DNA of 33,114 bases from Nemertoderma westbladi (GCA_032718475.1 JAUCBJ010003754.1:1-33114), one strand, 5' to 3'; shown: positions 1-11,744, numbered from the stretch's first letter. Program-made: numbers and translations. Notes: generated by a model from the sequence alone, not told the origin.

Positions 1-74
1 CAGTAGGCCTAATAAACTTATAAATAAATACTATGATCTATAATATTACAAGTAACCTTATTAAAATATTGTAG

Positions 75-241
75 ATGGAGGTAGCACTACCATATGTATG
101 CGGTTCGCAGATCGCCGACAACACTGCAATGCAGGCAGTTATTCTTTCTGTTAGCTATGGGCCAGCAAGGAAGAAAGAGGCAGCTGGAGCACCAACTGCC
201 AAAAAACAGCGCACTTCATATCACACGCTGTTGTTCGCCCT
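75..241 (+). CDS. Exon 1 of a spliced Cys-rich gene of unknown function (MEVALPYVCGSQIADNTAMQAVILSVSYG...SYHTLLFAL)
   Basis: ATG at 75 directly follows an AG, so an upstream exon is possible. The frame is open to a GTAAGT donor at 242. The phase-2 end joins in frame to the AG acceptor at 601-602 (L-DLISGETFAM). GC-richer island within AT-rich flanks. Confidence 0.6.
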
Positions 242-602
242 GTAAGTTAATAAAATATTTAATAATTAAATTGAATATTGAAATTGAAATTAATACCTTT
301 TTTGAAATAATATGTTACCCACTTAATATACATTTAACAGACGTGAAACACAGGATTCGATTTTCAGGAATTATAAAAATACCATAGCATCATTTAGACT
401 GTTAAATTACAATTTAGTTTGACCAAAATGACCATAAAGTAAAATATATCACGTTTTACTGTAGCTGAACATATATTTTATAAAGATTAAAAGATTTTAT
501 AAATACTGAAATATATTAACAATAAATAACATTTGTACCCTAATAATTATAATTATTTTTACACTACTGCACTAACATTAATATTTTTGGAAATTTATTC
601 AG

Positions 603-928
603 AGATTTAATTAGTGGCGAGACATTTGCCATGTTGGCTGAGCATCCCCATACTACGGCGTTATATTTTCACTCTGCTGGAGTTGGCGTCGGATCGTTCA
701 TACGGATAGTAGAACCAACAACCACTGGAAACACGATTGTTAATCTACCGGTGATACCCCAAACAAACACGATTGTTAATCTACCGGTGATTACCACGGA
801 CGCGAAGTTGGAGCCGATGAACGACCCGCCGACAATACCCCCAGTATCGAGTCTTCCATCCCTCATAAGCTCATCGAAGGAACTCAAAAGGCTTTTACAT
901 GCGACTAGAATCATTGCAGTTACAACGG
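603..928 (+). CDS. Exon 2 of the Cys-rich gene, with an apparent internal frameshift near 850-870
   Basis: TTTATTCAG acceptor and GTGAGT donor at 929. The 5' frame reads DLISGETFAMLAEH...GVGSFIRIVEPTTTGNTIVNLPVI. A phase-0 join to exon 3 needs the alternative frame (NSKGFYMRLESLQLQR), which has a TAA at 866-868. Contains an in-frame 36-bp tandem duplication. Confidence 0.55.
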
Positions 929-1237
929 GTGAGTTTATTGTCATGTTTATTCTTTAATGTCATAACTCAACACACAGTTACTAAAATTAAAAATAATAGT
1001 ATGTTGTAAATGTATATAACAATGTTCTGAATTTGTAATATAGAATACTAAATACGAAAGCTGTACCTGCAAAATATTCTTGAGAAAAAGCAATCTACAT
1101 TGAACGCAATCTATAGTTTTTCATTTTTTCAATCTGATATATTTATTATAGTGGTCATTTTGTGGCTAACCCTAAAAGGTATTTTATATATGAAGATATT
1201 ATAATATATTTTCACACAATATATTTTATATTTACAG

Positions 1238-1450
1238 ATCAACATCGTCCAAGGATGCAGAGGGGCAGTGTGCAGGGGCACCTACTACGGTAGGCCGTGT
1301 CCCTGTTTTCGAATAGTGGACCCCGTTTGGGTACTTAAGGTCGATGTCGTGCTTGAGGAAGTATTCGATAATGAGTCACGACGTATCCGCCCTCATTATT
1401 TCTGCAGTAATGAGTTTACCTCATTATTCTTCGATAAAGCGCACCTAGAA
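1238..1450 (+). CDS. Exon 3 of the Cys-rich gene (INIVQGCRGAVCRGTYYGRPCPCFR...FCSNEFTSLFFDKAHLE)
   Basis: TTTACAG acceptor, 213 nt open, GTGAGT donor at 1451, phase 0 at both ends. A homologous exon lies at 11466-11690 on the minus strand. Confidence 0.7.
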
Positions 1451-2065
1451 GTGAGTAATAAATAAATAGGAAATGTACCTTATGTGTAAAGTAAAGCACC
1501 AGTGTCTATTGTAACGGAAAACAAGTTGACTTTCAGTGTAATGAAAGAGTCTAGACATATAAAGTATATATCTTTTCTATTCTTCCCTATATTGATTTTA
1601 CAGAGCGCTCTAATGTTAAAGTTTATTAGATAAAATATATTACTTTACAAATAGAATGTATTGGTCACTCTTTGTGAATAAATAGTTATTAAGATATTAT
1701 ATTATATTATTATTATATTATTTACTATTATAGATAAATAATATTTAACATTATTTATAATATAATACAAAACTACAATACATTTGCTGTATTGAATCAT
1801 ATTAGTATAAACTAAAAAACTAACTATATGGCACTCACATGTTTGACATTTTAGAATGTATTTTTGGATAAAAGTTATCATAATTACAAAAACTAACAGC
1901 AAAAATTAGAACTCAAGCTTTTGAATTATATTAATTAATTGAATTACTACATACAGTATGTTGAATTGTAATATTTATAGAATAACAAAAATACTTGTAA
2001 AATGCATGGGAAAGAATATCCAAATTTTTTTATGTTTCAATTACACCTTTTATATAATCATGTAG

Positions 2066-3733
2066 GCAAAGACGAATCGCATCCCAGGGGGCGCTGCCCG
2101 GGCCCACGTTGTTGGTGAACTCGACCGGTACGGAGATCGTGGGTGGAATGTGTTCGGGTGGGCGAAGTCGGCCACTAACGTGGAAGGGATGGTGATGGCT
2201 GCCCGTGTACATATTATCAGAATAGTGCCAACCGATCGGGAGCTCGTGTTCAGAAAATATGTCGACCAGGACGCTCCTCACCACGTCGCCCCGGGTCAGG
2301 GTGCTCCACTCAACGTCGCCCAGGGTCAGGGTGCTCCTCACCACGTCGCCCAGGGTCAGGGTGCTCCTCTCAACGTCGCTCAGTGTCAGGGTGCTCCACT
2401 CAACGTCGCTCAGTGTCAGGGTGCTCCACTCAACGTCGCTCAGGGTCTGGGTGCTCCTCTCAACGTCGCTCAGTGTCAGGGTGCTCCACTCAACGTCGCT
2501 CAGGGTCAGGGTGCTCCCCACCACGTCGCCCCAGGTCAGGGTGCTCCACTCAACGTCGCTCAGGGTCAGGGTGCTCCACTCAACGTCGCTCAGTGTCAGG
2601 GTGCTCCACTCAACGTCGCTCAGGGTCTGGGTGCTCCCCACCACGTCGCTCAGGGTCAGGGTGCTCCACTCAACGTCGCTCAGTGTCAGGGTGCTCCACT
2701 CAACGTCGCTCAGTGTCAGGGTGCTCCACTCAACGTCGCTCAGGGTCTGGGTGCTCCCCACCACGTCGCTCAGGGTCAGGGTGCTCCACTCAACGTCGCT
2801 CAGTGTCAGGGTGCTCCACTCAACGTCGCTCAGGGTCTGGGTGCTCCCCACCACGTCGCCCAGAATCATGGTGCTCCACTCAACGTCGCTCAGTGTCAGG
2901 GTGCTCCACTCAACGTCGCCCAGGGTCAGGGTGCTCATCACCACGTCGCCCAGGGTCAGGGTGCTCCTCTCAACGTCGCTCAGTGTCAGGGTGCTCCACT
3001 CAACGTCGCTCAGTGTCAGGGTGCTCCACTCAACGTCGCTCAGGGTCTGGGTGCTCCTCTCAACGTCGCTCAGTGTCAGGGTGCTCCACTCAACGTCGCC
3101 CAGAGTCAGGGTGCTCCACTCAACGTCGCTCAGTGTCAGGGTGCTCCACTCAACGTCGCTCAGGGTCTGGGTGCTCCCCACCACGTCGCCCAGAGTCATG
3201 GTGCTCCACTCAACGTCGCTCAGTGTCAGGGTGCTCCACTCAACGTCGCTCAGGGTCTGGGTGCTCCTCACCACGTCGCTCAGGGTCTGGGTGCTCCCCA
3301 CCACGTCGCTCAGGGTCAGGGTGCTCCACTCAACGTCGCTCAGGGTCAGGGTGCTCCACTCAACGTCGCCCAGGGTCAGGGTGCTCCACTCAACGTCGCT
3401 CAGTGTCAGGGTGCTCCACTCAACATCGCTCAGGGTCAGGGTGCTCCCCACCACGTCGCCCAGAGTCAGGGTGCTCCACTCAACGTCACTCAGTGTCAGG
3501 GTGCTCCATTCAACGTCGCTCAGGGTCATGGTGCTCCCCACCACGTCGCCCAGAGTCAGGGTGCTCCACTCAACGTCGCCCAGGGTCAGGGTGCTCCACT
3601 CAACGTCGCTCAGGGTCAGGGTGCTCCCCACCACGTCGCCCCGGGTCAGGGTGCTCCACTCAACGTCACCCAGGGTCAGGGTGCTCCACTCAACGTCGCT
3701 CAGGATAAGGGTGCTCCACTCAACGTCGCCTAG
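2066..3733 (+). CDS. Exon 4 of the Cys-rich gene: unique AKTNRIPGGAARAH...GWNVFGWAK...HIIRIVPT followed by (GAPLNVAQGQ)n repeats. First stop at 3731-3733; without the repeat-borne TAGs the frame would end at 4781-4783
   Basis: TGTAG acceptor at 2064-2065 joins exon 3 in phase 0 and matches the frame of ORF 2150..3733. The unique part resembles the paralog exon at 10305-10545. Confidence 0.6.
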   Translation, partial: AKTNRIPGGAARAHVVGELDRYGDRGWNVFGWAKSATNVEGMVMAARVHIIRIVPTDRELVFRKYVDQDAPHHVAPGQGAPLNVAQGQGAPHHVAQGQGAPLNVAQCQGAPLNVAQCQGAPLNVAQGLGAPLNVAQCQGAPLNVAQGQGAPHHVAPGQGAPLNVAQGQGAPLNVAQCQGAPLNVAQGLGAPHHVAQGQGAPLNVAQCQGAPLNVAQCQGAPLNVAQGLGAPHHVAQGQGAPLNVAQCQGAPLNVAQGLGAPHHVAQNHGAPLNVAQCQGAPLNVAQGQGAHHHVAQGQGAPLNVAQCQGAPLNVAQCQGAPLNVAQGLGAPLNVAQCQGAPLNVAQSQGAPLNVAQCQGAPLNVAQGLGAPHHVAQSHGAPLNVAQCQGAPLNVAQGLGAPHHVAQGLGAPHHVAQGQGAPLNVAQGQGAPLNVAQGQGAPLNVAQCQGAPLNIAQGQGAPHHVAQSQGAPLNVTQCQGAPFNVAQGHGAPHHVAQSQGAPLNVAQGQGAPLNVAQGQGAPHHVAPGQGAPLNVTQGQGAPLNVAQDKGAPLNVA

Positions 3734-4700
3734 GGTCAGGGTGCTTCCCACCACGTCGCCCCGGGTCAGGGTGCTCCACTCAACGTCACCCAGGGTCAGG
3801 GTGCTCCACTCAACGTCGCTCAGGATCAGGGTGCTCCACTCAACGTCGCCTAGGGTCAGGGTGCTCCCCACCACGTCGCCCCGGGTCAGGGTGCTCCACT
3901 CAACGTCGCTCAGGGTCAGGGTGCTCCCCACCACGTCGCCCAGGGTCAGGGTGCTCCACTCAACGTCGCCTAGGGTCAGGGTGCTCCCCACCACGTCGCC
4001 CAGGGTCAGGGTGCTCCACTCAACGTCGCTCAGGGTCTGGGTGCTCCCCACCACGTCGCTCAGGGTCAGGGTGCTCCACTCAACACCGCTCAGGGTCAGG
4101 GTGCTCCACTCAACGTCGCTCAGGGTCAGGGTGCTCCACTCAACGTCGCTCAGGGTCACGGTGCTCCACTCAACGTCGCTCAGGGTCAGGGTGCTCCCCA
4201 CCACGTCGCTCCGGGTCAGGGTGCTCCCCACCACGTCGCCCCGGGTCAGGGTGCTCCACTCAACGTCGCTCAGGGTCAGGGTGCTCCCCACCACGTCGCC
4301 CCGGGTCAGGGTGTTCCACTCAACGTCGCTCAGGGTCAGGGTGCTCCACTCAACGTCGCTCAGGGTCAGGGTGCTCCCCACCACGTCGCCCCGGGTCAGG
4401 GTGTTCCACTCAACGTCGCTCAGGGTCAGGGTGCTCCACTCAACGTCGCTCAGGGTCAGGGTGCTCCCCACCACGTCGCCCCAGGTCAGGGTGCTCCACT
4501 CAACGTCGCTCAGGGTCAGGGTGCTCCACTCAACGTCGCTCAGGGTCAGGGTGCTCCACTCAACGTCGCCCAGGGTTAGGGTGCTCCATTCAACGTCGCT
4601 CAGAGTCAGGGTGCTCCACTCAACGTCGCCCACGGTTAGGGTGCTCCACTCAACGTCGCCCAGTGTCAGGGTGCTCCACTCAACGTCGCTCTGGGTCAGG
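2271..4700 (+). repeat. 30-bp GC-rich minisatellite, 81 units (consensus GTGCTCCACTCAACGTCGCTCAGGGTCAGG)
   Basis: The period-30 register is held with no indels across the whole span; variants are substitutions only. Confidence 0.98.
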
Positions 4701-5269
4701 GTGCACACCGCAAGATCGCCCAGGGCGCTCCCCAAAATGCAGCCCGCGCCCGCAATGTTCCCCGTGAGGGTCCCACGCATTGACCGCGTGACGCATTCAG
4801 ATCGCCGCTATCGACATTGAGTACTGTATATATACATAATTATTACCGGTAGTATTGTTTAATATGGATTATATAATGAATATATAATAATTATTACTGA
4901 CCCGTTTTCAATTAAAATCTAGTTTATCATCAAAGTATGTAGGGAGGGGGGGGGGGGTGGGGGGTGGGATATCTTCACTCATAATATGACGTACAACATT
5001 GTCAGTCTTCAAACAACACCAGTTTGTTTTCGTTTGTTGTGGAGGTAATCCTTGTTAGAGCGTTGTTTCAACATGAATTATGTGACCGAGTTAAGAGACA
5101 CATATCCAGCACAATCATATTCATATAGCATCTGCAATGCAATAGAATACATGAAAAGTCAAATAACAACTCCTACTCCAATACTGGTCCAGTATAAAAC
5201 AGTCAGTGTATAACATCAGGCAAAAAACCTCAATTATTGTGATATCAGTTTTGAGTTAAATCTGATTCC

Positions 5270-6715
5270 ATGAGTCGTGATCGTTATATATCGATTCTCC
5301 GGTTTATTCCATTTTCGAACCCAAACAATGTAGATCCTGAGGACAGGGAAACAAGAATCCACGGTATTACAGAATTAGTAAGTGATATCTGTAAACAGTA
5401 TACACCAGGTCGAAATTTATCCCTTGATGGAGCATTACTACTTTTCAAAGGTCGGCTCGGATTCGAAGTATTTATTCGCACGAAACGTTCCCGCTTTGGG
5501 ATCAAACTATTTATTCTTTGTGACTCTAATGGGTATTTGGTTGTTGCAAGGGTGTATTTTGGGAAGAATGCCACAATACCCCAGATATTGGCAACACCAC
5601 TGAGCCTTCACATAGCGAGAACATAGTCGCTTTGTTACTTGATAAATCCGATTTATTGAAGAAAGGATACATTGTCCACATAGATAACTGGTATACTAGC
5701 ACTCGCCTGGCGACGTTTTTTGACAATACAACTGGTGTGAGAGGAACGATTAATGTAACTAGAGGAATTCCAGACGAATTAAAACACCTCAAACAGAAGG
5801 GTACTAGTTCGAAGTTTATGCGAAATGAAAGTAAAACAATCTTAGCTGTCAAATTTACTGATAAATGAGATGTATATTTGTTGTCAACTGTGGAAGATGC
5901 CAAAGAGGTTGAGAAGAACCGATTTGTACCACCATGGACAAATCGGTTCTTCTCAACCTCTTTGGCATCTTCCACAGTTGACAACAAATATACATCTCAT
6001 TTATCAGTAAATTTGACAGCTAAGATTGTTTTACTTTCATTTCGCATAAACTTCGAACTAGTACCCTTCTGTTTGAGGTGTTTTAATTCGTCTGGAATTC
6101 CTCTAGTTACATTAATCGTTCCTCTCACACCAGTTGTATTGTCAAAAAACGTCGCCAGGCGAGTGCTAGTATACCAGTTATCTATGTGGACAATTTTTGC
6201 ATTTTGTAAACCAACCCCGATTGACATGTATAACAAATTCATGGGAGGCGTTGACTTGCAGGACCAACTTATAAAAATGTACAATCCTGTACGGAAGAGC
6301 CATTCGTGGTATAAAAAGATTGGATTTAATCTGGTTATGCGTTTGGTTATAAATGCTTATGTCATTCATAAGCGCGAGAAGAATAAGAAGGCAAATCTCC
6401 TAACTTTCCTAACAAACGCAATTATTTGGCTGACTCAAATGAAATGTGATAACCCCCGTAAGTGGCAACGTGGCTTCTACTGTACGAAAGTGACAGTTGT
6501 GATTTTGTAGTTCCAGGCCCAGGGGCCTTTGTCCACCACTCCCTCACACTAATTCCACCAACACCGAAGGTTCGCAAACCAAGAAACCGTTGCTGATTGT
6601 GTTACTCTGATGGGTGCAAAGAAAAACTGTCACGATATTATTGCCCGCAATGCCCCTCTAAGCCATCTCTATGTCTGTATTGTGAGACTCCGTGGCACAA
6701 GAACATAAAACAATA
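5270..6715 (+). pseudogene. piggyBac (PGBD-type) transposase relic, 5'-truncated, with stops and frameshifts
   Basis: Motifs MSRDRY.SILRF, SLDGALLLFKGR..F..FI..K..RFGIK, IDNWYTS and YNKFMGGVDLQDQ. The C-terminal cysteine-rich domain (C*LC...SRYYCPQCPSKPSLC..C..PWH) lies at ~6590-6705. Confidence 0.9.
5671..6194. repeat. Long palindrome with arms 5671-5927 and 5938-6194 (257 bp each) and a 10-nt spacer ACCACCATGG
   Basis: The arms are reverse complements of each other. The ORF track shows identical peptides on opposite strands (5632..5868+ vs 5997..6284-). Confidence 0.95.
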
Positions 6716-6802
6716 GGTATCTGTTCACTATAATACTAATGTAATATCAATCAATCAATCATTTAATATATTTTTAACTATATTAGTCATTTTTTTATTC
6801 GA

Positions 6803-7100
6803 TAATTTTGACAGACAGACTGACCGACAGACAGTAAACCGTCAGGGTATATTCAACCAAACTTGAGAATTGACTTCAGAAATGCAATCAGCGTCCAGAA
6901 AACCCCCACGGCGAACGTTTTAGCTGCGTGGTAGAATTTTTTAATTTTGACAGACAAATTGACCGACAGACAGACAAAACAGTAAACCGACAGAGTATAT
7001 TTAACCAAACATGGGAATTGATTTCAGATATGAATCAGCGTCCAGACAAACACCCATGGCGAACTTTTTAGCTGCGTGGTAGAATTTTTTAATTTTGACA
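6803..7100 (+). repeat. Two diverged ~150-bp tandem units with a GACA microsatellite, possibly from a non-autonomous Helentron/DINE-like element
   Basis: Duplicated AATCAGCGTCCAGA...GGCGAAC.TTTTAGCTGCGTGGTAGAATTTTTTAATTTTGACA. The family assignment is inference only. Confidence 0.6.
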
Positions 7101-7131
7101 TTAATATACACCAAACATAATGTACTGTATA

Positions 7132-8838
7132 TAGGTAATGTCCAACACAACATATAGGATTATAGGATTACCCATAAAGCTTTGCAGCTTATTTCCATGG
7201 GGGTCCTTAATGTTACTTGGTTACAAATACAGTACAATATGAAAAATATGAAAATGGGCAATTGGGCTATAACTTTTACTGTCTTTTTTCATATCAATAA
7301 CACTATTAGTAATGGTGGGGTCTATAAAACATTAAATGCCCTAAGGAAGGTTGGGGGGGGGGGGGGGTTGGTGGGCGCAATTCATCCTCATTAATTACAA
7401 TTTTTCTAATTCTTCATAATATTTTAATAAAAATACATCCCTTAAAATCAAATCATTACTACTTATGATACATTAATAAATTGTTGATTAACACAGAACC
7501 ACCATTCCTCTAATCCAAATATATTGTAGTATAATACAGTATAATTGTAAGGCTTTATACCTACAATATACTGCTCCATACAAATAGCCTAAGAGAGCGG
7601 CATTACCGGTAGCAATTTCCGCGGACATAAAAAGATAAAATCAGCGGACATAATGAGTAAATTCAATGGAAAAAAAATTATTGTGGATCTAAAGCACTGT
7701 ATCCTAGTGGACCAACGAATCCTTTGACAATCAGTGAATAACTACTCCCACAGCCCACCACTCCCCCACCCCATCTCTCTCTCACAAACTCAGCTGTCCT
7801 ACCAAACTAATGTGTTCTATATTATCTCCCTATAGAACCTGTTGTATTACATCTAACCAATATTAGTTAACTTCTCTACCTTTATGAAGGGCCTATGAAT
7901 TTCGATGGTTACACTAAATAATTCCACTCTGCTACTAATGACTCACCATCAGATGTCTTTTCCAGCGGCCTTCATTGATTGGCTAAACTCTTGGCTATCA
8001 TTTGGTTACATGTTATGCAATATATACAACAATATTCTGTACATTATTACTGTTCTGGGTTTGGGTATTGCGTTATTTTATATATATAGCTAATGGTCTG
8101 AATGTAGATCAATCGCACGATCGGACCACTTTTCTTCATATTTGTTTTTAAGACTAAGGCAGGTACAAATGTAGCATACTGTAACCCGTATTTATATTAA
8201 TTAATTGCTTTGATTTTAGGTGTAAGTGTAAGTACTTTGTAAACATAGGCCTGTCTACCTGTAGCTTCTATGCTATATCAGTTCAGTACATAGTAGGCCA
8301 ATACTTAGGCTGTTAGGCCACCAGTATTGGTTATGTGGTTTGGAAGCAGTGGAATTGTGCACTGGAAAGCACCCATGGTACTTTAAATTAATCTAATTAA
8401 TCTAATGTAATCTAATTATTAATTAATCATAATAATTAATTTATCTAATCTAAAGCCCCGGTTTCCATGATTTAACATAGCTACAGTACTATAGCTATAG
8501 TACTATATACTAATACTTATATATACTATAGCTAAATTGCAAGTAATGCTAGCTGTAGTAATACTACAGCTGCAATAGTACTATACTAATTAATACTACA
8601 ATAGTAATACTAACAGTTGGCCGTGTCTCACAGCTACCTCCTACTGTATTTCAGATACTCTCATCCCGGTTTCACAACACTACTGCCGCTAAATGTGGAA
8701 TGCCACAGTACTGGTTCTGCTACTGCAGTACCTACAAAATATATATATATATAATTAAATCAATTTATCAAGAGATTAAATAATATTTTTATAATCTGAG
8801 GCGAATCGGAGCAGCACTTAGGCTGCTTAGCGATAGTC
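7132..8838 (+). repeat. Left arm of a large inverted repeat (partner at 14229-15702), carrying an extra ~300-bp insertion at ~8392-8689
   Basis: Collinear reverse-complement match to 14229-15702. Matching ORF pairs: 7182+ with 15436-, and 7905+ with 14708-. Confidence 0.92.
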
Positions 8839-9420
8839 CAGGCATTATTTAAAAAAAAATGGAAAGAAAAACCAATACGAAAAAAAAGGCAATTAAAAAC
8901 TGGTATTGAATAAAAAGATAATAAAAACCAGTAAGAAAAAACGGCAAGTAAAGTAAAGTAAAAACTGATATATTGCACAACCACATGATACCCCCTTGGT
9001 TTGGCCGCTGGTTCCTATTGCTACTTCGACCTTTCTATCTAAACCATGTACCGGTACTTCACACATTCATTTAAGTCTCTTTGGGTTGTGAACTCATAAC
9101 TCAGTTCTACCCAGTAGTTACTGGTATGATTCATAACTCGTATCTTGTAGTTTAATTAGTTTAATTTAATTAGTTAGTTTAATTTTAATAGCGCTCATAG
9201 TACTTTCACACCTCACATACTGTACTGATGTTACTCTTATTCCACTGTGCCACTGTTTTAGTAGCATTCTTACTACATGTAGGCCTTCAATCACTTAATT
9301 ACTTAAATTTACTGTGCAAATATTCAATTATAATTAAATTAAAATCGTATTCATACCTTAAAATAATTGTGAAGTCATTTTCACATATATTCGTATGATA
9401 AATACAATGCAATTATACGA

Positions 9421-9625
9421 ATTCAGTTCATATAGGTATCAAGTATAATTGCTTTACTTTCAGTTACTTTTACACATTTCATAAAGGTAAGAGTATAATT
9501 GCAGTAATTCAAGGTACTTTTTTACTCAGTTCATAAAGGTGTCAAATATAATTGCTCTACTCCAGTTAATTTTATTCAGTTCATAAAGGTTTAGAAGTAT
9601 AATTGCACAATTTCAATTTACTTTT
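9421..9625 (+). repeat. Degenerate ~51-bp tandem repeat, about 4 copies
   Basis: TCATAAAGGT...TATAATTGC recurs at about 9428, 9479, 9531 and 9581. Confidence 0.7.
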
Positions 9626-10304
9626 ATTTCCAATAACTTCCTGAATGTTTGATACATCTGATGCAGAAAACAATATTTGTTTTTGTCAAGGATTTGCAGA
9701 AATCGTCTGTCTTAGAGGAACAAAATAACGTAACTCATTAAAATCGTAACTCTTTCAATCTCTGACTAAATTATACCAAACTTGTAATCTTGTAAACTTG
9801 TAAACATTTAATCTTGTCTATCGGCTAAAATAAACACAATTTGCTAAAATTTCCCCTATAATGTTTTTTTTCCTATAGAGCAATCTTATACATTGACAAG
9901 ACTTATAAAATAATTGATGTTGAATAATTATTATTAAGATTAAAATATATTATTACGACCCTCCAACCGGTCGCTTCCCACTCCCAGACAGTCACCGACC
10001 CACCCCTATAGGTTCATGAGGCAATGCGGTTCCTGTCCGTAGAAACTGCGACTCTGAAGTAAGTGATAGAATCTCCGGATCGCGATAGATATTCCTTTTT
10101 GTAGAGAGTTGATGAGTTTATGATACAGGGGAGGTTGTTGTAAAACACAAAGACAACCTCATCGGTTCTGGTTGACTTAGAATGGACAGTTCTTCAGTAT
10201 TACTCTAATATAAAATGTTTATACAGTATAAAGGGTTTGCTTTCAGAAACTGGGGAATACCAGTCACTCTGTCCACTGGAAAACTTAAATATGGCTACTG
10301 CAAG

Positions 10305-10545
10305 CTATAATCTAAATAAGTTAATTATAAATTGCATTTGCATACCTGCCCACTGCCTGAAACCAAACTGTTGTGTTGGAGACACACTCGTTATATGCAA
10401 CTTCGGTGGCTCAAAGACCCATTTCATCCACCGTCGAAGTCGACGACTTGGACCAGCCACAGATATCCCAACCTCCCCCGTAGCGAGCGACCTCCGCTTG
10501 AACATGAGCACGAAGCTCCTCATTGCTAATCCTCTGATCAATACA
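10305..10545 (-). pseudogene. Downstream exon of a diverged paralog of the Cys-rich gene (equivalent to exon 4)
   Basis: IRGLAMRSFV...ISVAGPSR...PKLHITSVSPT aligns by eye with IPGGAARAHV...WNVFGWAK...ARVHIIRIVPT. The nearest AG acceptor is one base out of phase. Confidence 0.45.
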
Positions 10546-10639
10546 CTATATTGGAAGGAAGTTTAATAATATAATTATACGAAGTTCTACTATTTAATAT
10601 TGTTACTATTACTACTATAAGTAAGCATCCAACTCATCT

Positions 10640-11183
10640 TAGAAGGACATAGAAGTTAGGAAAGTAAAGGCTTGGGTAGCTCTATCAAAAATGGATACCA
10701 TCTGGAAATCAGATCTCTCCAGGCACCTGAAGACTAAGTTCTTTCGAGCCACAGTGGAAAGTGTATTTTTATACGGGGGTGAGACCTGGACAGGACACTG
10801 ACTAAATCACTTGAACAACGAATTGATGGTTGCTACACAAGACTACTAAGGGCAGCCCTAAACATCAGCTGGAGACAACACATGACAAACGCCGAACTTT
10901 ATGGTACAATACCACCTGTATCAACCACCCTCCGTGAACGCAGATTAAGATTCAGTGGCCACTGCTGGCGAAGTAAAGACGAGGTCATACCAGATCTACT
11001 TCTCTGGCAACAAACTCATGGAAAGCGTAGTCGTGGGCGACTGGCCATAACATATATAGATCAACTTAAAAGGGATACTGAACTTGGGAGAAACGAAATT
11101 GCGACAACTATGGAGAATCGGGAAGCCTGGAAGGATCTCATTTCCACTGTCCGAGTTCGCTCGACCTAGTAGTAGTAGTAGTA
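10640..11183 (+). mobile_element. RTE-clade LINE 3' fragment with a (TAG)n tail
   Basis: IWKSDLSRHLKTKFFRATVESVFLYGGETWT and RERRLRFSGHCWR...GKRSRGR..TYIDQL are typical of RTE ORF C-termini. The stop at 11167-11169 runs into a TAG microsatellite tail. Confidence 0.88.
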
Positions 11184-11465
11184 TTATGGTAATTAAAATA
11201 TTCAGCATTAGGCGTCCTACTAACAGCCTCATTTAATATAAAAACATTAATTGGACATTCTTAAAAAATTTTATCATAAGTGAATTATCATGAAGTAGGC
11301 CTACTTTTTACAAATACGAAAAATTACGTGGTAGTCAACTCAACTCGCAAAGTATTACTGAACCTTTATTCCATTTGTCTATACATACAGTTGATCTAGG
11401 AAACATTACATATCAATGCTAAAATACCAATGCCTTTTAAATATATTCATAAACTAATTACTAAC

Positions 11466-11690
11466 GTTCAAGTACTCTCCTTCTATGAACAACAGTGTGA
11501 ATGAGTTCGAATTGAAGGGCTCCTGTCGCAAAGGCAACCCCTTCTCGTTGACAGCCTGTGGAATATTAATAGCTGTCGATATTACCCACCTCCTTTCCTT
11601 TGAAATTGTTGTGGAATAACAGGGACACGTATGGAACAAACCATACGTGCCCTGACACATCACCCCAGTACAAACTGAGGTTAGGCGAAT
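11466..11690 (-). CDS. Paralog of exon 3 of the Cys-rich gene (IRLTSVCTGVMCQGTYGLFHTCPCY...FNSNSFTLLFIEGEYLN)
   Basis: Shares the C-x-G-x2-C-x-GTY...CPC...W...F-x-SN-x-FT-x-LF pattern. AG acceptor and GTTAGT donor sit at equivalent phase-0 positions; 225 nt. Confidence 0.65.
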
Positions 11691-11744
11691 CTCCAATTAA
11701 AAATAGTAACAGCACTGTCTGTAGTCTGTAGTCGCACTGTCTTC

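Noticed and set aside
2271-4700. CRISPR array
   Set aside because: The units are head-to-tail with no unique spacers, no cas genes are visible, and the context is eukaryotic. The same applies to 13268-13679 and 20016-20791.
2030-4820. Long ORFs 2030..4780 (-), 2259..4820 (+) and 2383..3708 (+) as genes
   Set aside because: They are open only because the 30-bp unit lacks stops in those frames. Splice phase and paralog similarity favour the GAPLNVAQGQ frame.
5526-6284. Minus-strand ORFs 5526..5987 and 5997..6284
   Set aside because: They are mirror products of the palindrome within the piggyBac relic.
7182-8093. Small ORFs conserved between the inverted arms
   Set aside because: They include a variable poly-G tract, have no recognisable motifs, and their similarity is explained by the DNA duplication.
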